Origin: an uncultured Actinomycetes bacterium
Lineage (GTDB): Bacteria > Actinomycetota > Actinomycetes > Nanopelagicales > Nanopelagicaceae
NCBI GenBank assembly: GCA_964343565.1
Contig: CAYFKL010000001.1
Span: 1 to 31,987, forward strand
Reading direction: 5' to 3'
Length of the DNA stretch: 31,987 nt
The first letter of the stretch is position 1. Each line of letters starts with the position of its first letter. The position numbers and the translations under genes are program-made. Positions 1 to 8,428 of the stretch are shown one piece after another. A model generated the notes under the pieces. The model was not told where the DNA came from and did not search any database. It worked only from the letters and a program-made list of their open reading frames with translations.

Positions 1-2
1 GT

Positions 3-383
3 TATTTTGTTACAACTTATCTGCTCTCCTCGAGCAATTATCAACTCTATTTAGTTAACCCAAAGTTAAAAGATATTTTAGGTTTGCCTGTTTATCCATC
101 GCTTGCTGAAGTCCCTGTTATTCCAGACATCGTTGATGTGTTTAGGAAAGCCGAGGATTTACCCGGAGTTTTAGACGAAACGATGGCCAAAGAGAGCAAG
201 GTTTTTTGGGCCCAGCTAGGAATTTTCGATCAAGCCACTGCAGATCGAGCCCACGCAGCTGGAATTACTGCAGTGATGGATAAGTGCATCAAGATCGAAC
301 ATGCACGTTTTCACGGTGGATTGAATCTTGCTGGATTCAACACTGGTGTCATCGATAGCAGACGCCCAAATCCTAATCTTTAG
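3..383 (+). CDS. CoA-binding protein (YccU/COG1832-like), 5' truncated by the window edge
   Basis: The frame is open from position 3 (YFVTTYLLSSSNYQLYLVNPKLKDILGLPVYPSLAEVP...). Motifs VNP, PVYPSL, DIVDVFR, W-QLGI and MDKCIKIEH are typical of this family. Stop TAG at 381-383. Confidence 0.85.
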   Translation, partial: YFVTTYLLSSSNYQLYLVNPKLKDILGLPVYPSLAEVPVIPDIVDVFRKAEDLPGVLDETMAKESKVFWAQLGIFDQATADRAHAAGITAVMDKCIKIEHARFHGGLNLAGFNTGVIDSRRPNPNL

Positions 384-1875
384 CCGGTGCAAATTTGAAT
401 ACCACGATTGCCGCTACGATCAGGACAATCGAAGTTGTCATAAATGCAGCGTGAACACCGTCAAGGAAAGATATTTTTGCTCTTTCCACCAGCGCAGATG
501 CATCAAAGTTCATTTTTTTCAAAACGTCACTCTGGACAAATGCAATTGAACCCTTAACCCCATCTTGAATTTGCGGTGGTAGTTGAGTAAGTGCTGATGA
601 AATAGAATCCCGATAGTGATTGTTGAGAATTGAACCAAGAATTGCTATCCCAAGTGCACTTCCAAATTCCCTGGAGGTATCGTTTACTGCAGAAGCAACT
701 CCCTGCTTCGAATCTGGAAGAGAGGAAACAATAGCGGTAGTAGCTGGAGTTCCAGCGGCACCCATACCCATTCCAAAGAAAAGTAAACAAAGCATAAATT
801 TCCAATAGACAAAATCAGTCGTTAGTAGTTGCGAGAAAAGATAGAATCCAAAAGCCATCGACGCCAACCCGAATCCGGCAACTCTATTCAAGCCCACTTT
901 CGCCGCAATTCTTGGAGCATTTCGTGCAAGTGGTGCCATGGCTAGGGGCATCGGGAGCATGCACAAAGTTGCCTTCAAAGCCGAATATCCAATAACAAAT
1001 TGCAAGTACTGAAGTATCGTGAAGAAGAATCCGAAGGCCGCGAAAAATTGAATAGTAAGTGATAATGATCCGATTCCAAATCCTCGTAGTTTAAAGAGTC
1101 TCGGATCAAGCATGGGCTCTTTAGCTGAGAGTTCAAACTTAACAAAACTTATTGCACCTACCGCCCCTATCACGAAACTAGTGATGACGTAAGTATTTGA
1201 CCATCCTTTAACAGGCCCTTCGATGATGGCATATACCAAGGTTGTTACCGTGAGGAGCGAAAGAACCGCACCAACAACATCAAGGCGATGAGGTTGTGGG
1301 TCTTTAGAATTTGGTATCGAGGTAATAGTGCCAATTAAACCTAGTATCGCTAGGCAGACATTCAAGGCGAAGAAGGAACTCCAGTCAAAGAATTCTAAAA
1401 GAATTCCCGTTCCTATTAATCCGATAACGGCCCCTCCACCTACAACGGCAACCCAGACTCCAACCGCTTTACCTCTCTCATCGGGGGGAAAGGAGGTCGT
1501 AATAATTGAAAGCGTGGTTGGCATTACAAATGCCGCACCAACTCCCATGAGCGCACGTATGACAATTAATTGAACTGGTTGGTGGAAAATAAGTGCGAAC
1601 GAGGCAGCCGCTCCGAAGACAACAACTCCCACGATTAAAATATTCTTGCGCCCAAAGCGATCCCCAACCGCTCCCGAAAAGAGTAAAAGACCGGCAAAAA
1701 CTACTGTGTAAGCATCAACAATCCATTGCATTTCACGCTGAGTGGCTCCAGTAGCTCTAGCGAGGCTGGGAAGTGCCACATTGAGTCCACTCACCGCAGA
1801 AACCACCATCATGAGAGTTAACGCGACAACAAACAAAATCGATCGACGTTCTCTAGTACTCAAATTAGCCATCAT
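373..1875 (-). CDS. DHA2 (EmrB/QacA-type, ~14 TMS) MFS efflux transporter
   Basis: Motifs LNVALPSLA, WIVDAYTVVFAGLLL, GDRFGRK (motif A) and GVASAVNDTSREFGSALGIAILGS. I moved the start from 1905 to ATG 1875 (or 1872) because of an AGGGAG SD and an ATGA overlap with the upstream stop. Confidence 0.92.
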   Translation of the reverse strand: MMANLSTRERRSILFVVALTLMMVVSAVSGLNVALPSLARATGATQREMQWIVDAYTVVFAGLLLFSGAVGDRFGRKNILIVGVVVFGAAASFALIFHQPVQLIVIRALMGVGAAFVMPTTLSIITTSFPPDERGKAVGVWVAVVGGGAVIGLIGTGILLEFFDWSSFFALNVCLAILGLIGTITSIPNSKDPQPHRLDVVGAVLSLLTVTTLVYAIIEGPVKGWSNTYVITSFVIGAVGAISFVKFELSAKEPMLDPRLFKLRGFGIGSLSLTIQFFAAFGFFFTILQYLQFVIGYSALKATLCMLPMPLAMAPLARNAPRIAAKVGLNRVAGFGLASMAFGFYLFSQLLTTDFVYWKFMLCLLFFGMGMGAAGTPATTAIVSSLPDSKQGVASAVNDTSREFGSALGIAILGSILNNHYRDSISSALTQLPPQIQDGVKGSIAFVQSDVLKKMNFDASALVERAKISFLDGVHAAFMTTSIVLIVAAIVVFKFAPAKD

Positions 1876-2195
1876 CTTCTCCCTGTTTGACGAGCTATTA
1901 ACCATAAGCCGATCGCACTTATCATCGACACAATTATGAGAAATAAATTTCCTCCAGCCGATCCTTTGAGACTTACGAAAATCGTGTTGACTGCGAAAAT
2001 GATGGCAAATACTGCAGTGAATTTATCTGGACGCAGCACCGAACGAATCGCACCCGCATACAAGATGATTCCTACCAGCGCCGAGATTCGAAGTGACATC
2101 GTCACTTGACTGCCAGCAACTAATGGAAAACCGATTACAGTCGCAATATCAAAAAGTAAACCAATATAGAGTGAGAACAGAGTTAATCGTTTCAA
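1872..2195 (-). CDS. Small hypothetical membrane protein (107 aa, ~4 TM)
   Basis: A TTG start at 2195 overlaps the upstream MFS stop (TTGA) and has an AAGGAG SD. Its TGA overlaps the next ATG. It has about four hydrophobic stretches and a basic C-terminus (RQTGRR). Confidence 0.8.
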   Translation of the reverse strand: MKRLTLFSLYIGLLFDIATVIGFPLVAGSQVTMSLRISALVGIILYAGAIRSVLRPDKFTAVFAIIFAVNTIFVSLKGSAGGNLFLIIVSMISAIGLWLIARQTGRR

Positions 2196-3718
2196 CGAGA
2201 CTCCTTTCGCGATAAAGATCGAGTAGCGAACCAACCAATCAGCAAGAATGCAGAGGCAACATAGGCTGAAGTTCTACTGCCTTGAGTTAGAGCTTCCTTC
2301 GACTGCTCAACTATGTAGTTATTTTTAGGATCGCGAGAGAGAGCCTCGATCGCACCACCAGCCGAATTTACAATGGCGGAACTAATGCGTTGATCCGGGA
2401 CCGCCGCTCTCAGAGTTGCACCAAAACTGGCGAAGAGCACCGTTCCCAGTATCGCTATGCCAAGCGCTGATCCAATCTGCCGGGTGGTACTGGTCATGCC
2501 TGATGCTTGACCGCTTTTCTCAACTGGAATTTGGCTCAAAGCAACGCCAGTTAGCTGTGCGGTTGCCAGTCCAACACCCAATCCATAAATAAAGAGCGGA
2601 ATGATAATCAAAATTACTTTTGTGGTTGGAGAAATGATGAGTGCAATTCCGGCTACACCTAATAATTCTAGGAAAATTCCTATTTGAACGACGAAGACTG
2701 GGCCTCGCTTTGCACCCAAAGCGCCACCAGCCCCGCTAGCGAGAATTGAACCAACTGCCAAGGAGAGCAAAATAACGCCGGTTCCAAACGCCGAATATCC
2801 CAAAACATTTTGTAGCCAGAGAGGAAGTGAGAAAAGTAAACCGAACTCACCTAGGCTCACGATCCCAGCAGCAATATTTGCATTTCTAAAAGTTCCTATT
2901 CGCAGTAGATTCACATCAAAAAGAACGGGTTGCCCCTTCTTGCTTCGAGCGATCTGTGTTCGAGCAAAGATTGATAGCAAGACCAATCCGAGAATGAACA
3001 TCATTGGAATGATTGAAATTCCACCCAAGTCAAAACTCTGATTGAGCGAACTCCACCAACCGTAATTTCTTCCTTCGATAAGCCCAAAAACTATGCTGCC
3101 AATCCCAAGCACCGAAAGTAGCGCGCCGAAATAATCAGCACCGCTCTCACTTTCTCCCCGTGATTCTTTGACAAAGATCAATAAGCCAATGAGAACGATG
3201 GCTCCAATCGGAATATTTATTCCGAACGCCCAGCGCCACGATTGCGAGGTCGTTAAGTATCCCCCAAGCAGCGGACCAAGCGCGGCGCTCGCGCCAATTG
3301 TGGAACCCCAAATGGCAAAAGCGATGCCTCGCTCCTTACCAAAAAAAGTTGAATTGAGCAGAGATAGCGAAGTTGGCAACATCATCGCGCCGCCTATCCC
3401 TTGAACTAGCCTGGCCATAATCAAGGCATCGCCACTTCCAACGTTTGCTGCCACCACACTTGAAAGGGCAAAAATCAATATCCCGATCACGAACATTTTC
3501 CGCCTACCGAATCTGTCCGCCCATCTACCAAAGACGAGTAACAGAGATGCGAAAACCAGAGTGTAGATTTCTTGAATCCATTGAGCTTGCGTCGTCGAGA
3601 TCTTTAGATCAACAAAAATATTGGGAATCGCTACATTCACAATGGTGGCATCGACAATAATCATCGATACACCGAGTGAAATAAAAAGTAGCCCGATCCA
3701 TCTCTTCTTATTTGGCAT
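2192..3718 (-). CDS. DHA2 (EmrB/QacA-type) MFS efflux transporter
   Basis: Motifs IIVDATIVNVAIP, WADRFGRRK, ARLVQGIGGAM, GPLLGGYLT, GLIEGRNYGWW and SGMTSTTRQIGSALGIAILG. Confidence 0.93.
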   Translation of the reverse strand: MPNKKRWIGLLFISLGVSMIIVDATIVNVAIPNIFVDLKISTTQAQWIQEIYTLVFASLLLVFGRWADRFGRRKMFVIGILIFALSSVVAANVGSGDALIMARLVQGIGGAMMLPTSLSLLNSTFFGKERGIAFAIWGSTIGASAALGPLLGGYLTTSQSWRWAFGINIPIGAIVLIGLLIFVKESRGESESGADYFGALLSVLGIGSIVFGLIEGRNYGWWSSLNQSFDLGGISIIPMMFILGLVLLSIFARTQIARSKKGQPVLFDVNLLRIGTFRNANIAAGIVSLGEFGLLFSLPLWLQNVLGYSAFGTGVILLSLAVGSILASGAGGALGAKRGPVFVVQIGIFLELLGVAGIALIISPTTKVILIIIPLFIYGLGVGLATAQLTGVALSQIPVEKSGQASGMTSTTRQIGSALGIAILGTVLFASFGATLRAAVPDQRISSAIVNSAGGAIEALSRDPKNNYIVEQSKEALTQGSRTSAYVASAFLLIGWFATRSLSRKESR

Positions 3719-3734
3719 CTATCTACGATCCGAT

Positions 3735-4079
3735 CTAATTGCGGCCAAAATCATCTTCGACCCTCTCGATATCGTCCTCACCAAAATAAGTTCCCGTCTG
3801 AACCTCGATAAAAACCACTTCCGAAGTGGTAGCTGCAATTCGATGGAGTTGACCTTGAGGGATATCGATACTCATTCCCGGACTTAATTCGATTACCGAG
3901 CCATCCAGCGTTACCTCTGCAATTCCCGAAATAATGAACCAATGTTCAGCTCGAAACTTATGCCGCTGATAAGACAAGCGTTTGCCTGGAGTCACCCAAA
4001 TACACTTAACCTGATGAGACTCACTTGATTGCAGCACCTGGTACCTCCCCCAGGGTCGGTGCTCAGGCGAGAAGTCCAT
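3735..4079 (-). CDS. Stand-alone phosphomannose isomerase type II C-terminal cupin domain protein
   Basis: RPWG, LSYQRHKFRAEHW, LHRI and IEVQTGTYFGEDDIERVEDDFGR match the C-terminal cupin of type II PMI/GMP enzymes. There is no nucleotidyltransferase domain (114 aa). Confidence 0.88.
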   Translation of the reverse strand: MDFSPEHRPWGRYQVLQSSESHQVKCIWVTPGKRLSYQRHKFRAEHWFIISGIAEVTLDGSVIELSPGMSIDIPQGQLHRIAATTSEVVFIEVQTGTYFGEDDIERVEDDFGRN

Positions 4080-4085
4080 GCCCTC

Positions 4086-4091
4086 ACTCTA
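4086..4091 (-). promoter_or_regulatory. Candidate -10 (TAGAGT) for a leaderless cupin transcript
   Basis: TANNNT hexamer 6 nt upstream of ATG 4079, with no SD. Confidence 0.6.
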
Positions 4092-4183
4092 GGCAATTGC
4101 AGGCCAGATGCCGCTTCATAGAGGTGCAAATTCAAGAAATTTGAGATCTGCTTTCCGTATGACGACTTTCCAAATTAATAATC

Positions 4184-4189
4184 TAGGAT
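4184..4189 (+). promoter_or_regulatory. Candidate -10 (TAGGAT) for a leaderless hemolysin III transcript
   Basis: TANNNT hexamer 6 nt upstream of ATG 4196. Confidence 0.6.
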
Positions 4190-4195
4190 GGCCGT

Positions 4196-4885
4196 ATGAG
4201 TGGCGCAGTTGCTCCGAATCTGGCAAAAGACAACAAGGCTGATAACTCCTTTCCGCAACCTCCAAAGCTGCGTGGAGTTATTCACCTCATCATGTCTCCG
4301 CTCTCGTTGGTTGCCGGATTGACGTTAGTAACCTTGGCTGCCACATTGCAGGGACGCATAGCCGGAGCGCTCTACACATTAACTGCAGTTGGACTCTTTA
4401 CCTGTAGCGCTCTCTATCATCGGGGAAAATGGCGGCCAGAAATCAAAGCCGTGTGGCGCCGTATCGATCATGCAAACATCCCCTTATTGATTGCCGGAAC
4501 CTACACACCTTTTGCACTCATCTTGCTCGAAGGCCGACCTCGCGTTTATCTGTTGAGCGGAGTTTGGGGTGGTGCCGTCCTCGCCGCACTTTTTCGCATC
4601 ATCTGGATCAACTCCCCGAGATGGCTATACGTGCCTGTCTATTGTCTGCTCGGCTGGGTAGCGCTGGCATATCTGCCTCAGTTTTGGCGAGCTGGAGGCG
4701 TTGCAGTATTCGTGCTCATCCTCTCGGGCGGCTTGCTATACACCGTGGGGGGAATTATTTATGCCTTGAAACGACCTAACTTCTCCAAGAACTGGTTTGG
4801 CTTTCATGAACTCTTTCACGCATTAACGGCTGGAGCATTTGCGACCCAATTTGCTGCCGCGCTCATCGTGGTGCTAACCAAGTAA
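4196..4885 (+). CDS. Hemolysin III / PAQR family membrane protein (TrhA/YqfA-like)
   Basis: PKLRGVIH, SALYH, RRIDHANI...AGTYTP, LLYTVGG and FGFHELFH motifs; about 7 TM. Confidence 0.92.
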   Translation: MSGAVAPNLAKDNKADNSFPQPPKLRGVIHLIMSPLSLVAGLTLVTLAATLQGRIAGALYTLTAVGLFTCSALYHRGKWRPEIKAVWRRIDHANIPLLIAGTYTPFALILLEGRPRVYLLSGVWGGAVLAALFRIIWINSPRWLYVPVYCLLGWVALAYLPQFWRAGGVAVFVLILSGGLLYTVGGIIYALKRPNFSKNWFGFHELFHALTAGAFATQFAAALIVVLTK

Positions 4886-4912
4886 CCCGGCATAGAGTGC
4901 TTAGATAACTCC

Positions 4913-5821
4913 ATGGATGAAGAGCACGTTACCGAGGAAGATCTCTGGGAAGAATTGCCCAATAGCACCGGTGCCCAGCGCGCAGATATTCTCTACCGGA
5001 TCAGCGCTCATCTCTACAGTCGAAACAAGTATGCAGAAGCATTGGCATGCGCTCAGGAATCAGTAGATATTTTAGAACGAGAAGAAACCACAGATAACAG
5101 TTCATTAGGCAGATCACGAGCTGGCGTAGCTCATAATTTGAAAGCAATTGGCGAACATCAGGCTGCGCTTGATGAGCTCATCCAAGTAAGCGAACTTTTT
5201 CACCGCGAATCACAGCCAGAGGTTGGAGAAATAGATTGCATGATCGGTCGTTGGGCTTACGACACTAAAGATTTTGCAATTGCGGCAAAGTATCTTTCAT
5301 ATTCAACAAGCGAAGCCGGAGAAGGCATATCTGACAAACATGTAGCGGCGCAAGACATGTTCTTCTTGGGACGTGCTCTTCTCCAGATCGGCCAAGCAGA
5401 TCTTGCTTTGGAAAAATTGGAGACCGCAAGAGAGAGTTTCAAGAATCTCGAGAGCACTCTCGATTTGGCGATTGCCGATTCAGGCGTAGCCGAAGTATTT
5501 GTGTCATTGAATCGCATTCCAGAAGCACACCGCGCCGCCCAAAGAAGTCTGGATTTATTCACAACTCTAGGGAAACGAATACATAGCACCGTGGCACTGA
5601 TGCCCCTCGCTCAATGCTTACTCCTGGAAGGCGATTTCGAGGAGGCTCTCAAGTTAATCACGGAAGCAATTGAGATCGAGCAGGCTTCTGACGAATCAGA
5701 GTTAGATGAAATTGTTAAGTTTGAGCGATTACTTATCGAAATATTGAACAAATTAAATCGAAGTGAAGAGGCTGCAGAGATCGAACGCCGACACGAATCA
5801 ATCCACGAATACCTGAGGTGA
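4913..5821 (+). CDS. Tetratricopeptide-repeat-like protein
   Basis: Acidic, apparently all-helical protein with repeated TPR-like helix pairs (YAEALACAQES, HQAALDELIQ, ADLALEKLETA, IPEAHRAAQRS, FEEALKLITEA). No catalytic motif seen. Confidence 0.75.
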   Translation: MDEEHVTEEDLWEELPNSTGAQRADILYRISAHLYSRNKYAEALACAQESVDILEREETTDNSSLGRSRAGVAHNLKAIGEHQAALDELIQVSELFHRESQPEVGEIDCMIGRWAYDTKDFAIAAKYLSYSTSEAGEGISDKHVAAQDMFFLGRALLQIGQADLALEKLETARESFKNLESTLDLAIADSGVAEVFVSLNRIPEAHRAAQRSLDLFTTLGKRIHSTVALMPLAQCLLLEGDFEEALKLITEAIEIEQASDESELDEIVKFERLLIEILNKLNRSEEAAEIERRHESIHEYLR

Positions 5822-5824
5822 TAC

Positions 5825-6226
5825 ATGATCGCAAATTTCAGTGATGGCTTGCGCATTTTTTTACATGTTCTTGGCGCAACCGTCTGGGTAGGTGGACAAC
5901 TCGTGTTGGCCGCTTTGGTACCTGTACTCAGAAAAAACGGTGAAGACTTACCGAGAAAAGTTGCAGCTGCATATAACCGAATTGCTTGGCCAGCCTATTT
6001 CTTGCTCATACTCAGCGGTATGTGGAATCTCAGTAATCTCCCAGCAGATGCTAATGCTCAGTACCACGCAGTTCTTGGAGTCAAGTTTATTCTCGTTGCG
6101 ATCTCGGGTATTGCTGCATACGTTCACACCCGTGCAAAAAGCACAGTTCAAATCGCTCTCTGGGGAGCGCTTTCTGGAACTAGTGCTCTCGCCGCGCTCT
6201 ACGTGGGAGTCTTGCTCGCCGGTTAA
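5825..6226 (+). CDS. Small 4-TM membrane protein, CopD-like
   Basis: FLHVLGATVWVGGQ resembles the H...WxGG motif of CopD-type domains. GAGGTG SD overlaps the TPR stop. Confidence 0.65.
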   Translation: MIANFSDGLRIFLHVLGATVWVGGQLVLAALVPVLRKNGEDLPRKVAAAYNRIAWPAYFLLILSGMWNLSNLPADANAQYHAVLGVKFILVAISGIAAYVHTRAKSTVQIALWGALSGTSALAALYVGVLLAG

Positions 6227-6250
6227 CGAAAAATGTGCAACGATGAGGGC

Positions 6251-6574
6251 ATGCGCTTAACCATTCGAATTTTTCTCTCCTCATTGCTTTTAAGCACGCC
6301 GATCTTCACAACTGCCATAGCGCAGGCAGATGATTTAAATAATCCTGGAACGCCACCAACAAATCAGGTTATGGCACCAAATCAGAATGCACCCCAAAAC
6401 GATCGTCAACGACCTCGTTTGGGTGATGATGGTCCCGGTGGCTGGCGAGAGCACGAGGAACACGAACATTTCGGTGATGAAGTACTAACCGGAGGGTTAG
6501 CACTTGTTGGCGCATTCGCATTAGGTGGAGGACTAACCTTCGTTGTGCTTCGACGTCGAAAGAATGATGTCTAA
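6251..6574 (+). CDS. Small secreted, membrane-anchored hypothetical protein with an HEEHEH patch
   Basis: Likely start ATG 6251 (ORF track gives 6233). It has a signal-peptide-like N-terminus ending AIAQA, a Pro/Asn/Gln-rich linker, REHEEHEH, a C-terminal TM helix and an RRRK tail. Confidence 0.65.
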   Translation: MRLTIRIFLSSLLLSTPIFTTAIAQADDLNNPGTPPTNQVMAPNQNAPQNDRQRPRLGDDGPGGWREHEEHEHFGDEVLTGGLALVGAFALGGGLTFVVLRRRKNDV

Positions 6575-7485
6575 AGATATTTAGACGAAGAAGAAGCTGT
6601 TAATTCGCTGGCGCGATCACAGTCCAATTTCATCTGAATTAGAAGTTCGGAAATCCCATCGAACTTCAGAGTCTCACGCAACCTCCAACCGAATGAAATA
6701 GCAGCACTCTTGCCGTAAAGTTCCAAATCTGTTCGCCCCAGAGCATGTGCCTCTACTCGCCGATCTGCACCATTGAAGGTGGGGTTAGTTCCAATCGAAA
6801 TTGCTGCTGGCCAGCTCTCTCCATCGGCATGTAACCAACCGGCATAGACTCCATCCGCAGGAATTGCGGCTGGATAAGTAAAACCAAAATTTGCAGTTGG
6901 ATAACCTAATTCTCGGCCTCTGGCATCTCCATGCACCACGGTTCCCTCAACAACATGAGGGCGAGTCAACAATTTCCACGCATGTTCGACATTGCCCCGG
7001 TGAACATATTTTCTTATCAAGGTTGACGACACGGTTTCGCCGCCAAAAACTGTCAGCGGTTCGCCATGGACCTCCCGATTTGAGAGTAATTTGGACTCTT
7101 TGAGGGATTCAACAGTTCCAAGTGCCTTGTGTCCATATGTAAAATTGTCACCGACGTAAATTGCTTGAACATCGAGTTGATTAATCAAAATATCTTGTTC
7201 AAATTCGGCTGGACTCAGATTTGCAAATCTTTGATCGAAGGTGAGCGCAACCATTGCATCGATTCCGATTGATTTAATCAATCGAGCACGGTAATTCAAG
7301 GTCGTGAGCTGATTTGGTCGATGCTCTGGCGCCAAGATTGCTGTGGGATGGGGATCAAATGTCAATGCGATCGCTTCGACTCCCAATTCTTTGGCTCTGA
7401 GTCTGGCTTGCTCCAAAATTCTTTGGTGACCAATGTGAACTCCATCGAAGATTCCAATGGCAACGACTGATTTTCCGGTACTCAT
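6571..7485 (-). CDS. ribF: Bifunctional riboflavin kinase / FAD synthetase
   Basis: GIFDGVHIGHQ, TFDPHP, VSSTLIR, GDARGRELGYPTAN and GTNPTF motifs. Confidence 0.97.
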   Translation of the reverse strand: MSTGKSVVAIGIFDGVHIGHQRILEQARLRAKELGVEAIALTFDPHPTAILAPEHRPNQLTTLNYRARLIKSIGIDAMVALTFDQRFANLSPAEFEQDILINQLDVQAIYVGDNFTYGHKALGTVESLKESKLLSNREVHGEPLTVFGGETVSSTLIRKYVHRGNVEHAWKLLTRPHVVEGTVVHGDARGRELGYPTANFGFTYPAAIPADGVYAGWLHADGESWPAAISIGTNPTFNGADRRVEAHALGRTDLELYGKSAAISFGWRLRETLKFDGISELLIQMKLDCDRASELTASSSSKYL

Positions 7486-7546
7486 CGATTTCCTCTACTT
7501 GTTACAGCAAATAAAGGGATGGAACGTTTGTGGTATTTCTTCACCG

Positions 7547-8428
7547 CTAGTTCCTTCCTTGAAATACTTTGATTGGATGAGCTCTCCCAGAACGATTCTC
7601 CAACAATGCTACTAACTCTGCATCACTTTGCATCCCAGGCGCTAATCCAGCAGTTAAGGCATCAGTAGAATTGGAGGCGATGCCCCTTCCATAGGCAATT
7701 TCAAGGTGCTCGGCATCACTCAAAACTCGTACCGGAAATAATTTCCGAGCAACTTGGCTCATAGGAAGAATTTTGAAGGGTTCGCCGACTTTATGAGCAT
7801 CCGTGACGGCGAATTCTCCAATGGATTCTCGATCCAATTTGATCAAATGCCCCCCGACGCCCAACAATTCACCAAGATCCCTGGCAATAGCACGAATATA
7901 TGTCCCCGAAGAGCAAGAGACTGAAACTTCGATATCTACTCGATCTTCAAATTTTTGAATTTCTCCAATTTTTATGTCGTAGATAGTGACTAGGCGAGAA
8001 GGCAATTCAAATTCCTCCCCCGAGCGAGCCCGAGTGTAAGACCTCACCCCATTTACTTTGATAGCTGAATATTTGCTCGGGATTTGTTGAATCTCGCCGA
8101 TAAAATTTTTTAAAGCGTTCAGAATTTGATCTTGAGATAAGTCGGAAGCGTCTCTCACCTCGGTGATCTCTCCATCCGCATCATCAGTTTCGGTTGCAAC
8201 TCCCAACCGGATTGTCGCCTTATAAGTTTTCGGTTGGTTTGAAAGATAATTGAGCAATTTGGTGGCAGAACCGACGCCAAGTATCAATAGACCTGTTGCC
8301 ATCGGATCTAACGTGCCAGCATGCCCAATCGCCCGAGTTTTGAGAATTGATCTAGCTTTTGCGACCACATCGTGGCTCGTCCAGCCAGATTCTTTATTAA
8401 TAAGTACGAATCCGGTCGGCTCACTCAT
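7547..8428 (-). CDS. truB: tRNA pseudouridine(55) synthase
   Basis: KESGWTSHDVV, GHAGTLDPMATG (catalytic Asp), YSAIKVNG and CSSGTYIRAIARDLG. Start moved to ATG 8428, which overlaps the rbfA end. Confidence 0.97.
   Translation of the reverse strand: MSEPTGFVLINKESGWTSHDVVAKARSILKTRAIGHAGTLDPMATGLLILGVGSATKLLNYLSNQPKTYKATIRLGVATETDDADGEITEVRDASDLSQDQILNALKNFIGEIQQIPSKYSAIKVNGVRSYTRARSGEEFELPSRLVTIYDIKIGEIQKFEDRVDIEVSVSCSSGTYIRAIARDLGELLGVGGHLIKLDRESIGEFAVTDAHKVGEPFKILPMSQVARKLFPVRVLSDAEHLEIAYGRGIASNSTDALTAGLAPGMQSDAELVALLENRSGRAHPIKVFQGRN

Noticed and set aside
1-90. AT-rich window start as a possible promoter or foreign DNA
   Set aside because: It reads in frame as the CoA-binding protein coding sequence.
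6480-6574. Sortase sorting signal in the His-patch protein
   Set aside because: TM plus basic tail is present, but there is no LPxTG or LAxTG motif and no sortase gene in the window, so I treated it as a plain membrane anchor.
7486-7546. 61 nt gap upstream of ribF as a possible FMN riboswitch
   Set aside because: Far too short, and it lacks the conserved RFN sequence motifs.
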